Assembly: GCA_902559815.1 (NCBI GenBank)
Contig: CACEJE010000002.1
Location: 6,265 to 70,264 of the forward strand
Length of the DNA stretch: 64,000 nt
Direction of reading: 5' to 3'
Origin: an uncultured Thiothrix sp.
Lineage (GTDB): Bacteria > Pseudomonadota > Gammaproteobacteria > Poriferisulfidales > GCA-002705445
The notes under the pieces are model-generated. The model was not told the origin of the DNA. It searched no databases and saw nothing but the letters and a program-made list of their open reading frames with translations. Both the position numbers and the translations under genes were made by a program. Position 1 is the first letter of the stretch, and each line of letters begins with the position of its first letter. This document shows positions 22,407-31,571 of this stretch, piece by piece.

Positions 22407-22790
22407 ATGAAAAAAGATAAAAAAAGAACATATGAAAATATTATAGAAGATCTTGAGATAATAATTTCAAAGCTTAACTCAGCCGAAATTCCTTTAGAAA
22501 ATTCAATAAAATTATATGAAGAAGGTATAAAGCTATCTAATGAAGCTGATAAAGAACTCCTTAATGTAGAAAAAAATATTGAAAAGCAAAAAAAAGCAAA
22601 AAAAAATATTAACAACAAAATTAATATCGAAAAATCATTTGAAGAAATTGAAAAAATAATTGAGAATCTTAATGACGAAGATATATCTATTGCAACTGCC
22701 CAAGCTAACTATGATGATGCCTTAGAAATAATATACAACATAGAATCTTATTTGAAGAAAGCAAAAATAATAATAAAAAAATATGAATAG
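22407..22790 (+). CDS. xseB: exodeoxyribonuclease VII small subunit, tandem two-domain form
   Basis: Sits at the head of the conserved xseB-ispA-dxs operon and contains two XseB-like helical-hairpin segments. See findings. Confidence 0.7.
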   Translation: MKKDKKRTYENIIEDLEIIISKLNSAEIPLENSIKLYEEGIKLSNEADKELLNVEKNIEKQKKAKKNINNKINIEKSFEEIEKIIENLNDEDISIATAQANYDDALEIIYNIESYLKKAKIIIKKYE

Positions 22791-23685
22791 CTCTAATAAG
22801 GATTTTTCTCAATTCCAAAAAAAATTTACAGAAAGAATAAATCTTCAACTCAAATCAATTTTTACTAAAAAAGAAAGAAATAATGGAATTATTCAACCAA
22901 TGGAATACTCTTCTGTAAGTGGCAGTAAATTTATAAGATCACTGTTAGTTTATTCAACAGGAGATGCTTTTAATGTTAACCCCGAACTTCTTGATAAACC
23001 AGCTTTGGCTATTGAACTTATTCATACTTATTCTCTAATTCATGATGATCTGCCTTGTATGGATGATGATGATATAAGAAGAGGTAAGCCTTCCTGCCAC
23101 ATTAAATTTGGAGAATCTTCTGCAGTGCTTGCCGGCGATGCTTTGCAATCAATAGCTTTTGAGATCTTAAGTGATAAAGAAAATATTGACCTGCCTGACA
23201 AAATTCAACTAAGTTGGATAAATTATTTAGCAAAAAGCATAGGTTATAAAGGTATTGCCGAAGGTCAATTTCTGGATCTATCAATCAATAATAAAATTAT
23301 AGATATAAAGCAATTAGATGAGATTTATTCTCTAAAGACATCTAGTTTAATAAAGCCTTGTTTAATAATGCCAGCGATGATAGCAAATCAAGCTGATTCA
23401 ATACTTATACAAAAGCTTGAGGTATTAGGAAACCTCCTTGGTATATCTTTTCAGATAAAAGACGACTTATTAGGTTATACTAGCTCAACAGAGATTATAG
23501 GAAAGACAAAAAATAAGGATGAATTAAGAAATCAACCAAATTACGTAAACATCCTTGGTGTTGAAAAAACAAAACAAAAATTAAGTAAAAATAAAGAACA
23601 AGTTGAATCTTTATTGAACGAAATTAATTTAAGAAATACAATGTTATATGAGATTTCTAATTATATTTTTACTAGAAATCATTAA
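22783..23685 (+). CDS. ispA: farnesyl diphosphate synthase
   Basis: First DDxxD-type motif HDDLPCMDDDDIRRGKP and second motif FQIKDDLL. Confidence 0.9.
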   Translation: MNSSNKDFSQFQKKFTERINLQLKSIFTKKERNNGIIQPMEYSSVSGSKFIRSLLVYSTGDAFNVNPELLDKPALAIELIHTYSLIHDDLPCMDDDDIRRGKPSCHIKFGESSAVLAGDALQSIAFEILSDKENIDLPDKIQLSWINYLAKSIGYKGIAEGQFLDLSINNKIIDIKQLDEIYSLKTSSLIKPCLIMPAMIANQADSILIQKLEVLGNLLGISFQIKDDLLGYTSSTEIIGKTKNKDELRNQPNYVNILGVEKTKQKLSKNKEQVESLLNEINLRNTMLYEISNYIFTRNH

Positions 23686-23697
23686 TTTTTAAGTGAT

Positions 23698-25584
23698 ATG
23701 AAATACGAATTTTTAGATAAGATAAATAATCCTTCAGATTTAAGAATATTATCAATAAATAATCTTGATGACGTTTCTGAAGAATTAAGATATTTTTTAA
23801 TTGAAACTGTTTCACAATGCGGTGGACATTTTGGTGCAAGCCTAGGTGCAGTCGAACTTACTGTCGCCATACATTACTCATTTAATACTCCACAAGATAA
23901 AATTATTTGGGACGTTGGTCATCAATGCTACGGTCACAAAGTCCTGACTGGTAGAAAAAATGAACTTAATACAATTCGTAAAAAAGAAGGATTACACCCT
24001 TTTCCATCAATAGAAGAAAGTGAATACGATTCTTTTGGTGTAGGACACTCAAGCACATCTATTAGTGCAGCTATTGGAATGGCAATAGCTTCATCATATA
24101 AAAATGAGGATAAAAAAATAGTTGCTGTTATTGGTGACGGCGGTCTAAGTGCAGGCATGGCTTTTGAGGCATTAAACCATATGGGGTCTATCAATGAAGA
24201 TATTTTAGTAATATTAAATGATAATGAAATGTCTATATCACCTAACGTTGGTGCTATGACGAACTATTTAACAAAAATTTTATCAAGTAAAGTGTATTCG
24301 ACAGTAAAGGAAGGAAGCAAAACAATTCTTAGTAAAGTACCAACTTCTGGTATGTTTTTAACAAAAACTGAAAAACACATTAAAGGTTTATTAGCTCCTG
24401 GCATGCTATTCGAAGAAATGGGTATAAATTATTATGGCCCAATAGATGGTCACGATACTCGCTTACTTGTAAAAACTTTAAAAAACCTAAAAAAAATTCA
24501 AGGACCAAAACTTCTTCACGTAATCACAAAAAAAGGTAAAGGTTATCTTCCTGCTGAATCAGATCCAGTTAAATACCATGCAGTTCCAGTATTTGATAGA
24601 GATAAAGGTGTTGAAAAAAAATCTAATACAAAAATAACATATACGAAAGTTTTTGATAATTGGCTATGCACTATGGCCAAAAAAGATCCTAGAGTATTTG
24701 CAATTACTCCTGCTATGAGAGAAGGTTCTGGATTAGTTAATTTCTCAAAAGAATTTCCTGAAAGATATATTGATGTAGGAATTGCTGAACAACATTCTGT
24801 CACTCTCGCTGCTGGCCTAGCTTGTGAGGGACAAAAACCAATAGTATGTATATATTCAACATTTCTCCAAAGAGCCTATGATCAATTAATACACGACGTC
24901 GCTCTTCAAAATTTAGATGTATTATTTGCAGTAGACAGAGCCGGTTTTGTTGGTGCTGATGGAGGAACTCATTGTGGTCTCTACGATCTATCCTATTTAA
25001 GATGTATACCAAATATGGTGATTATGGCACCAAGTAACGAAGAAGAGTGTAAAAATATGCTATATACAGGTCACCTTCATAACGGTCCTGCAGTTGTTAG
25101 ATATCCTCGAGGAGAGGGTATTGGGATAAATGTCAAAGAAGAATTTTACAGTTATAAGATAGGTCGTTCGATAAAAGTGAGAGATGGTATTAAAATTGCC
25201 ATAATGAATTTTGGTTCTGTTTTTAATGTGTCATTAGAAGTTGCTAACGAATTGGATTGCACATTAATCGATATGAGGTTTATTAAACCAATTGATACAA
25301 AAGCAATAATAGATGCTGCAGAAAATCATAATCTAATCGTTACAATTGAAGATAATAGTATAATTGGAGGCGCTGGGAGCGCAGTAAATGAAGTTCTAAA
25401 TGAAAATAATTTTAAAATACCTACTATTAATATAGGTGCTCCAGATAAGTTTTTTAATCACGCAACTAGAGAAGAGCAGCTAATTGAAAGCGGTATATCA
25501 AAATCAAATATCATTAAAAAGATTGAAAAATGTATAAAAAATATTAACTTGTATGATTTTAATCACTCTAGTAACATTGAATAG
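23698..25584 (+). CDS. dxs: 1-deoxy-D-xylulose-5-phosphate synthase
   Basis: 628 aa with GGH.G..LG..EL N-terminal motif, TPP-binding GDGGLSAGMAFEALN, and transketolase-like C-terminal domains. Confidence 0.95.
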   Translation: MKYEFLDKINNPSDLRILSINNLDDVSEELRYFLIETVSQCGGHFGASLGAVELTVAIHYSFNTPQDKIIWDVGHQCYGHKVLTGRKNELNTIRKKEGLHPFPSIEESEYDSFGVGHSSTSISAAIGMAIASSYKNEDKKIVAVIGDGGLSAGMAFEALNHMGSINEDILVILNDNEMSISPNVGAMTNYLTKILSSKVYSTVKEGSKTILSKVPTSGMFLTKTEKHIKGLLAPGMLFEEMGINYYGPIDGHDTRLLVKTLKNLKKIQGPKLLHVITKKGKGYLPAESDPVKYHAVPVFDRDKGVEKKSNTKITYTKVFDNWLCTMAKKDPRVFAITPAMREGSGLVNFSKEFPERYIDVGIAEQHSVTLAAGLACEGQKPIVCIYSTFLQRAYDQLIHDVALQNLDVLFAVDRAGFVGADGGTHCGLYDLSYLRCIPNMVIMAPSNEEECKNMLYTGHLHNGPAVVRYPRGEGIGINVKEEFYSYKIGRSIKVRDGIKIAIMNFGSVFNVSLEVANELDCTLIDMRFIKPIDTKAIIDAAENHNLIVTIEDNSIIGGAGSAVNEVLNENNFKIPTINIGAPDKFFNHATREEQLIESGISKSNIIKKIEKCIKNINLYDFNHSSNIE

Positions 25585-25613
25585 TAATTAACAGAAATAT
25601 TAATATTGCATTT

Positions 25614-26516
25614 ATGGATAATACAAAAGAAGAAAATAAGAAAAAAACTAAAAATACCCCTAAAGATCTCCAGGATACTCAAAGCAAAGTTGACATTCGT
25701 AATATCCCGATAAGTAGAGTAGGTATAAAAAATATAAACTATCCATTTAAAATTACTGATAGAGATAACGAAACTCAATCAACAATTGGAAAATTTACAA
25801 TGTCTGTTGGGTTATCTCCAGATGTTAAAGGTACTCATATGTCTAGATTTGTAAAAATTTTAGAGGATCAAGAAACATCTTTAAGTATAGAAAATTTTGA
25901 TGAACTTGTAAAAAACACAACTAAAGTTTTAGATTCTGAATCTGCTTACATTTCTGTAGACTTCACCTATTTTAAAAAGAAAAGTGCTCCTGTCACTAAA
26001 GTTGAAAGCTTGCTTGATTACACTATTAACTTTACCTGTGAAGTAAAAAATAATATTGTTAATAAATATTTAAAAGTAGTTGTGCCGGTAACCAGCTTAT
26101 GTCCTTGTTCAAAAAATATATCTGATTATGGCGCTCATAACCAAAGATCACATATTACAGCCCACATTAAAACAGAAGAAACAGTTTGGATAGATGATGT
26201 CATAGAAATGCTAGAAGATCAGGCATCTTGCCAAATTTACGGATTACTAAAAAGACCTGATGAAAAATACGTTACAGAACAAGCATATGATAATCCTAAA
26301 TTTACTGAAGATATCATAAGAGACGTTGCTGTGACTTTAAACAAAGACGAAAGAATTACAGCTTATAGAATTGAATCAGAAAACTTTGAGTCTATACATA
26401 ATCATTCTGCATATGCATTCATTGAAAAAGATAAGAAAAAAGATTTTCACAATAATAAAAAAAGTAAAATCTCATATCTAAAATTTTCGCAACTACACTC
26501 AAACTTTCCTGGGTAA
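25614..26516 (+). CDS. folE2: GTP cyclohydrolase I type 2 (FolE2/GCYH-IB)
   Basis: KGTHMSRF motif and SLCPCSK cysteine motif, both characteristic of FolE2. Confidence 0.8.
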   Translation: MDNTKEENKKKTKNTPKDLQDTQSKVDIRNIPISRVGIKNINYPFKITDRDNETQSTIGKFTMSVGLSPDVKGTHMSRFVKILEDQETSLSIENFDELVKNTTKVLDSESAYISVDFTYFKKKSAPVTKVESLLDYTINFTCEVKNNIVNKYLKVVVPVTSLCPCSKNISDYGAHNQRSHITAHIKTEETVWIDDVIEMLEDQASCQIYGLLKRPDEKYVTEQAYDNPKFTEDIIRDVAVTLNKDERITAYRIESENFESIHNHSAYAFIEKDKKKDFHNNKKSKISYLKFSQLHSNFPG

Positions 26517-26517
26517 A

Positions 26518-27603
26518 CTATTTGTTAGCTATTCTCGGATTATAAGCTGACATAATATGCTTCAGGATTTTTCTTGCACTTTTATTTGATATTTTTTGTT
26601 TTTTATCTAGTTTGTGGGCGGTAACTAAATATCTATTATTTCTTTTTGTTAATTTAATTTCATACTCTTTATCTTTACCATCAATACTATTTGACGATAT
26701 TATATAAACCGCTTTGTTTCTATTTTGATCTATTACAAACAGACCACTTCTATCTAGTGATAAACCAATTTCTCTCCACATTTTGCTAAATGAATCTTCG
26801 ATTATAAGAGCAGGAATTCCTCCAAAATCTATTAAATCAATAAATATTTCTTTATCTTCACTCTCGCCTTCATTTAATAATTTTATAGCAGTGTCTCTAT
26901 TTGTCCCAAAATACTCTAACATTCTCACAAGCATCTCTGCTTCTCTATGAAAATCTGATTGTTTTTTTTTCCATATTATTTTTCCATTATCTACTACATC
27001 ATCTGCTTCAAGTAATTGATTTGATATATATATATTAATATAACCGTTTGGTTGTCTCTCTACTCTAACTCTAAATTTTTCTTTAGAAGCATTATAATTA
27101 AATTCTTTGCTATCTAGTAAATCACTACCGCTTTCAAAATTATTTTCATTTTTTTTCCAATCAGTTTCCAAGATACCATTTACTGGTTCATTAATTAATA
27201 TTTTAAAACCTTGGGATTTCCAAAATTCGCTTAAATATGGCCAGATCGAAACAGGGTCAGAGTCAATTTCAATCCATCTTGCTACGCCCTGTTTAATTAT
27301 TTTCATGTCCATATACGTTGGAAGCACAGGAGCGTCTGATAAATCTGAAATTTCACCACTAGCGTCAATTGATTTTGGCACTTTAAGTGCGTCTGTATAA
27401 TTAGGATTATCGAGTGATGGAGGTATTTCTAACATTGCTATACTTTTACTTTTTCCATAGTTTTCAGAATCATCTCCACCAAATAATTCGGATATATCGT
27501 CTCCAATTCCTGTTACGTCATCTAGTGTAATTGGTTTATCTGAGCAACCTGATATGAAAACAACAAATAAAAATAAATAAACAATTTTTTTGATCAATAT
27601 CAT
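26518..27603 (-). CDS. bamC: outer-membrane protein assembly factor BamC (NlpB-like lipoprotein)
   Basis: Lipobox ISGC. Lies immediately downstream of dapA, the conserved dapA-bamC arrangement. Sequence is weakly diagnostic, so the call rests mainly on position. Confidence 0.6.
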   Translation of the reverse strand: MILIKKIVYLFLFVVFISGCSDKPITLDDVTGIGDDISELFGGDDSENYGKSKSIAMLEIPPSLDNPNYTDALKVPKSIDASGEISDLSDAPVLPTYMDMKIIKQGVARWIEIDSDPVSIWPYLSEFWKSQGFKILINEPVNGILETDWKKNENNFESGSDLLDSKEFNYNASKEKFRVRVERQPNGYINIYISNQLLEADDVVDNGKIIWKKKQSDFHREAEMLVRMLEYFGTNRDTAIKLLNEGESEDKEIFIDLIDFGGIPALIIEDSFSKMWREIGLSLDRSGLFVIDQNRNKAVYIISSNSIDGKDKEYEIKLTKRNNRYLVTAHKLDKKQKISNKSARKILKHIMSAYNPRIANK

Positions 27604-28476
27604 TTAAACCTCTGCCAGTTCCATTGACTTTAATAAGTCATTATGATGATTCTCTGAAAAAAAAGTTAAGGGCAATCTTATACCTTTTTTAATCAACCCC
27701 ATTTTATATAATGCCCATTTCACAGGAATCGGATTTGATTCTAAAAATAAATTCTTATGTAGTCCAACAATTTTTTTATCATACTCTTCGGCTAATTTTC
27801 TATTTCCTTCAAGTGCAGCTTTACACATTAGGTGCATATACTTTGGAGCTACATTTCCTGTAACAGTTATTACGCCCTTGCCTCCAAGTAAAAGTGCTTC
27901 CATGGCAGTTAGGTCATCCCCACTTAAAATATTAATTTTATCTCCACATATGTTTACCAATTCTTTTATTCTGTCTAATTCTCCAATAGCTTCTTTAATT
28001 GCAACAATGTTTTTAATTTTTAAAAATCTTTCAACGGTTGATGGAAGCATATCGCACGAGGTTCTGCCTGGTACATTATATGGTATTAATGGAACAGGTA
28101 CAGCATTTGCAATAGCTTTAAAGTGTTGAAATAAACCCTCTTGTGTTGGTTTATTATAATATGGAGTTACAGATAAACATCCATCCACCCCACTTTCGTA
28201 AGCATATTTTGTTAATTCTATCGCTTCTGAGGTTGAGTTTGCACCAGTTCCAGCTATGACAGGAATTCTTCTATTAACTTTTTCTACAACAAAGTTTATT
28301 GCTTCACAATGTTCTTTATGATTTAAAGTTGCAGACTCTCCTGTAGTCCCAACTGGAACTAAAGCATCTGTTTTATTTGTGATATGAAACTCTATTAATT
28401 TCTCAAAGCTTTCATAGTCTATTGCCCCATCTTCATGCATTGGAGTGGCGATTGCAACCATACTTCCTATAAACAT
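27604..28476 (-). CDS. dapA: 4-hydroxy-tetrahydrodipicolinate synthase
   Basis: 290 aa with GTTGES motif, Y..PYYNKP, and catalytic Lys region IVAIKEA. Confidence 0.95.
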   Translation of the reverse strand: MFIGSMVAIATPMHEDGAIDYESFEKLIEFHITNKTDALVPVGTTGESATLNHKEHCEAINFVVEKVNRRIPVIAGTGANSTSEAIELTKYAYESGVDGCLSVTPYYNKPTQEGLFQHFKAIANAVPVPLIPYNVPGRTSCDMLPSTVERFLKIKNIVAIKEAIGELDRIKELVNICGDKINILSGDDLTAMEALLLGGKGVITVTGNVAPKYMHLMCKAALEGNRKLAEEYDKKIVGLHKNLFLESNPIPVKWALYKMGLIKKGIRLPLTFFSENHHNDLLKSMELAEV

Positions 28477-28548
28477 AGTATATTTTTCCTTGGTTAATGT
28501 ATAATCTAATTCTAACTTATTTAGAATAAATTTGTAGAGACTTATTTA

Positions 28549-29016
28549 ATGAAAAAAATAGAAATCAATAAAAAAGTTAATAATTTTGGCGCAGAATCAA
28601 CAAATAAAGAAAAATTTGTTTTAAAAGAGCATCTTGGGAGTAATTTGGTTTTATTCTTTTATCCAAAAGATAATACTCCTGGCTGCACACAAGAAGGTAT
28701 AGATTTTTCAGATAATTATGCAAAATTTAAAAGATTAAATACAATAATATTTGGCATATCAAAAGACAGTATTAAATCTCATGAGAATTTTAAAAAAAAA
28801 TATAAATATAAATTTGATTTAATTAGTGATCCGAACGAAAAAATTTGCAACCTTTTTGACGTTATTAAAGAAAAAAGTATGTATGGGAAAAAATATATGG
28901 GGATTGAAAGAAGCACTTTTATTATCAATGAAAAAGGTGTTTTAATAAAAGAATGGAGAAAAGTTAAAGTGAATGGTCACGCGATAGAAGTATTAGAATT
29001 TTTAAAAAGCCAATAA
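28549..29016 (+). CDS. bcp: thioredoxin-dependent peroxiredoxin Bcp
   Basis: 155 aa with peroxidatic Cys motif FFYPKDNTPGCT. Confidence 0.85.
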   Translation: MKKIEINKKVNNFGAESTNKEKFVLKEHLGSNLVLFFYPKDNTPGCTQEGIDFSDNYAKFKRLNTIIFGISKDSIKSHENFKKKYKYKFDLISDPNEKICNLFDVIKEKSMYGKKYMGIERSTFIINEKGVLIKEWRKVKVNGHAIEVLEFLKSQ

Positions 29017-29023
29017 AATAATA

Positions 29024-29911
29024 TTAGGCGTAGCTTTTAGCGTAATTTATAAGTTCGTCTGTGACTTTCAATCTAAACTTATGTCTTTTCTTAACAAAAT
29101 AAAAATTCCTTGTCAGCTTCGGATTTAGTGGAACAAATGATAGTCTATTTAAATCTAACTCTTTTTCGATTGTAGTTTTTGATAAAATCGAAACACCAAT
29201 GCCAATCTCGACAGCGCCTTTAACCGATTCTGAATTTCCAAGTTCCATACATATATTCATATTGCTTTTTTCTATATTATGTTTTGATAAGTAATCGAAT
29301 ATTACGGATTTCGTTCCAGAGCCCTCCTCTCTAGTTATAAAAGGTAATTTTAAAATATCTGTTGGGTCGACAGATTTTTCTTGGGCTAGTTCGTGCTCTG
29401 GATGAGTTATTAATACAAGTTCATCAGATCTAAAAATATCAACATCTAAATCCTGATTTGAAACAGGCGCCTCAACTATGCCAAGATCGATCATGGAGCT
29501 CTCAACTTTTGCAACTATACCTTCTGTATTAGCCTCACATATTCTGATACTTAAATCTGGATATTTTTCCCTAAAACCTTTTAAAAGAGAAGGTAGGGTG
29601 TATTGAGCAATAGTAGTACTTCCACCAATAGATAAAGTGCCTGAAGTATCTTCTGATAAGGCTCTCAAAGAATGTTCCATTTCAGTATTAAGCTCAAAAA
29701 TTTTTTCTGCATAAAAAAACACTTTTTGCCCAGCATCTGTGAGCAATATTTTATTATGAGTTCTATCAAATAACCTAGTATTAAAATGATCTTCTAACTG
29801 TCTAACTTGAAAAGTAACGGCTGGTTGAGTCATATGCAGAGTTTCCGCAGCTTTTGTAAAACTTAATAGTTTTGCAACAGTATAAAATACTTGTAATCTC
29901 CTATCAGACAT
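29024..29911 (-). CDS. LysR-family transcriptional regulator
   Basis: N-terminal wHTH (LQVFYTVAKLLSFTKAAETLHMTQPAVTFQVRQLE) plus a LysR substrate-binding domain. Effector and target are unknown. Confidence 0.85.
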   Translation of the reverse strand: MSDRRLQVFYTVAKLLSFTKAAETLHMTQPAVTFQVRQLEDHFNTRLFDRTHNKILLTDAGQKVFFYAEKIFELNTEMEHSLRALSEDTSGTLSIGGSTTIAQYTLPSLLKGFREKYPDLSIRICEANTEGIVAKVESSMIDLGIVEAPVSNQDLDVDIFRSDELVLITHPEHELAQEKSVDPTDILKLPFITREEGSGTKSVIFDYLSKHNIEKSNMNICMELGNSESVKGAVEIGIGVSILSKTTIEKELDLNRLSFVPLNPKLTRNFYFVKKRHKFRLKVTDELINYAKSYA

Positions 29912-30002
29912 ATTTCCTCACAGTTTAAAGGCACGTTCCTCTTATATTATTAAGTTATATCATATATTATGTAATCTTTATAAGGTAAAATTAAATAATA
30001 AA

Positions 30003-31298
30003 ATGAAATACTCTAAATCAGGCATTATTACAACTAAAAATACACCAAACGACGCTGAAGTTATTAGCCACAAACTTATGATTCGCTCAGGAATGATAAA
30101 AAAATTAGCTTCTGGGCTATACACTTGGATGCCACTCGGTTTGAAAGTTTTAAAAAAAATAGAAAATATCATTAGAAAAGAAATGGATAGTATTGGAGCC
30201 CTAGAAATACTAATGCCTGCCATTCAGCCAGCAGAGTTATGGATTGAATCAGGAAGGTGGGAAAAATACGGGCCTGAACTTTTAAGGTTATCAGACAGAC
30301 ATGAAAGAGAATTTTGCTTTGGTCCAACTCATGAAGAAATAATTACAGATATAGCAAGAAAAGATATAAAAAGCTATAAACAGTTACCAATAATATATTA
30401 TCAAATACAAACAAAGTTTAGAGATGAAATAAGACCTAGATATGGAATAATGCGTGCAAGAGAATTTTTAATGAAAGATGCATATTCATTTCATGAGAAT
30501 GAAGAATGTCTTAATGAAACTTATGAAAAAATGTTTCAATCTTATAAAAATTGTTTTAATAAAATAGGATTTGATTTTAAAGTAGTTAATGCTGATAACG
30601 GACAAATTGGAGGAAGTGAATCACACGAGTTTCACGTAATTGCAGAAAATGGAGAAGATGAATTAATTTTTTCTGATACTTCAGATTATGCAATAAATGC
30701 AGAGCTTTTTTCAAAGTCTCCAAAAGAAGGGGATAAATCACCAGATGGTTCAGGTAAAGTAAAGATTAAAAGGGGAATAGAAGTTGGTCATATTTTTAAA
30801 CTAGGAAAAAATTATACAGAGTCCATGAATGCAAATGTTTCAAATGAAAAAAATACTAATACTAAAATGATTATGGGTTGCTATGGTATCGGTGTTTCAA
30901 GAATTGCTGCTGCTGCTATAGAGCAATCAAACGATGAAAAAGGTATCTTATGGCCAAAGGCTATTGCGCCATTTTCCATATCAATTATATCTATTGGCTT
31001 TTCAAAAAATGAAACTATAAACAAATATTCAAAAAAGCTTTATAAAATATTAAAAGAAAAAAATATAGATGTTTTATTGGACGATAGAGATGTTAGTCCT
31101 GGGATAATGTTTTCTGATTCAGATCTAATCGGCATTCCATACAAAATAATAATTGGAAAACAATTTATAGAAAAAAAATCCATTGAGTTTAAGGATAGAA
31201 AATTAGACAAAACTACTACAATTGAAGAGAATTCAGTCGATAATCCCTCAGATAATGTAATTAAAGAAATCATTGCTTATATTGGATATCCTGAATGA
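30003..31298 (+). CDS. proS: prolyl-tRNA synthetase, bacterial type lacking the INS editing domain
   Basis: Class II motif 2 [25 protein letters not shown] and motif 3 region GCYGIGVSR. Only 431 aa; see findings. Confidence 0.9.
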   Translation: [431 protein letters not shown]

Positions 31299-31369
31299 CA
31301 ATAGAGATAAGTAAATTAATTTTCATTAATATCATAATATAATCAGATACTTATAATATATATAAACAC

Positions 31370-31397
31370 TTGACGAGTAGCTTATTTCAAGTAAATT
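31370..31397 (+). promoter_or_regulatory. candidate sigma-70 promoter for the binding-protein gene
   Basis: TTGACG (31370-31375), 16-nt spacer, TAAATT (31392-31397). Motif match only. Confidence 0.35.
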
Positions 31398-31403
31398 AGT
31401 AAG

Positions 31404-31571
31404 TCCCCCTATAGAAATATTTTTCTTATGTGGGGCTCAGGTAATCAGGAGGATCAGAGAGAAACTGTGTTTTGAAATAGGCCTGAGTATTAAGTAAGTA
31501 GGATGATAACAATAATAAAATTGTTCATTCTGCAGTTAACTGCAACATGAACCTCTTAAGGAGGAGTATAA
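31404..31571 (+). promoter_or_regulatory. long, GC-enriched, structured 5' leader (candidate cis-regulatory RNA) with strong SD
   Basis: Complementary segments AGTCCC/GGGGCT (about 31402-31447) and CTCAGG/CCTGAG (31446-31451 / 31492-31497). A 30-nt near-perfect inverted repeat lies at 31523-31552, followed by AAGGAGGAG (31558-31566) and ATG at 31572. Confidence 0.3.

Noticed and set aside
29024-29911. LysR regulator looks somewhat GC-richer than its neighbours; possible horizontally acquired regulator linked to the binding-protein gene
   Set aside because: The difference is modest and proS separates the two genes. There are no mobile-element scars, and nothing in the sequence ties the regulator to the binding protein.
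31438-31485. 15-aa upstream ORF (MWGSGNQEDQRETVF) in the binding-protein leader, as a possible leader peptide
   Set aside because: It has no ribosome-binding site upstream, and no enrichment for branched-chain or other regulatory codons.
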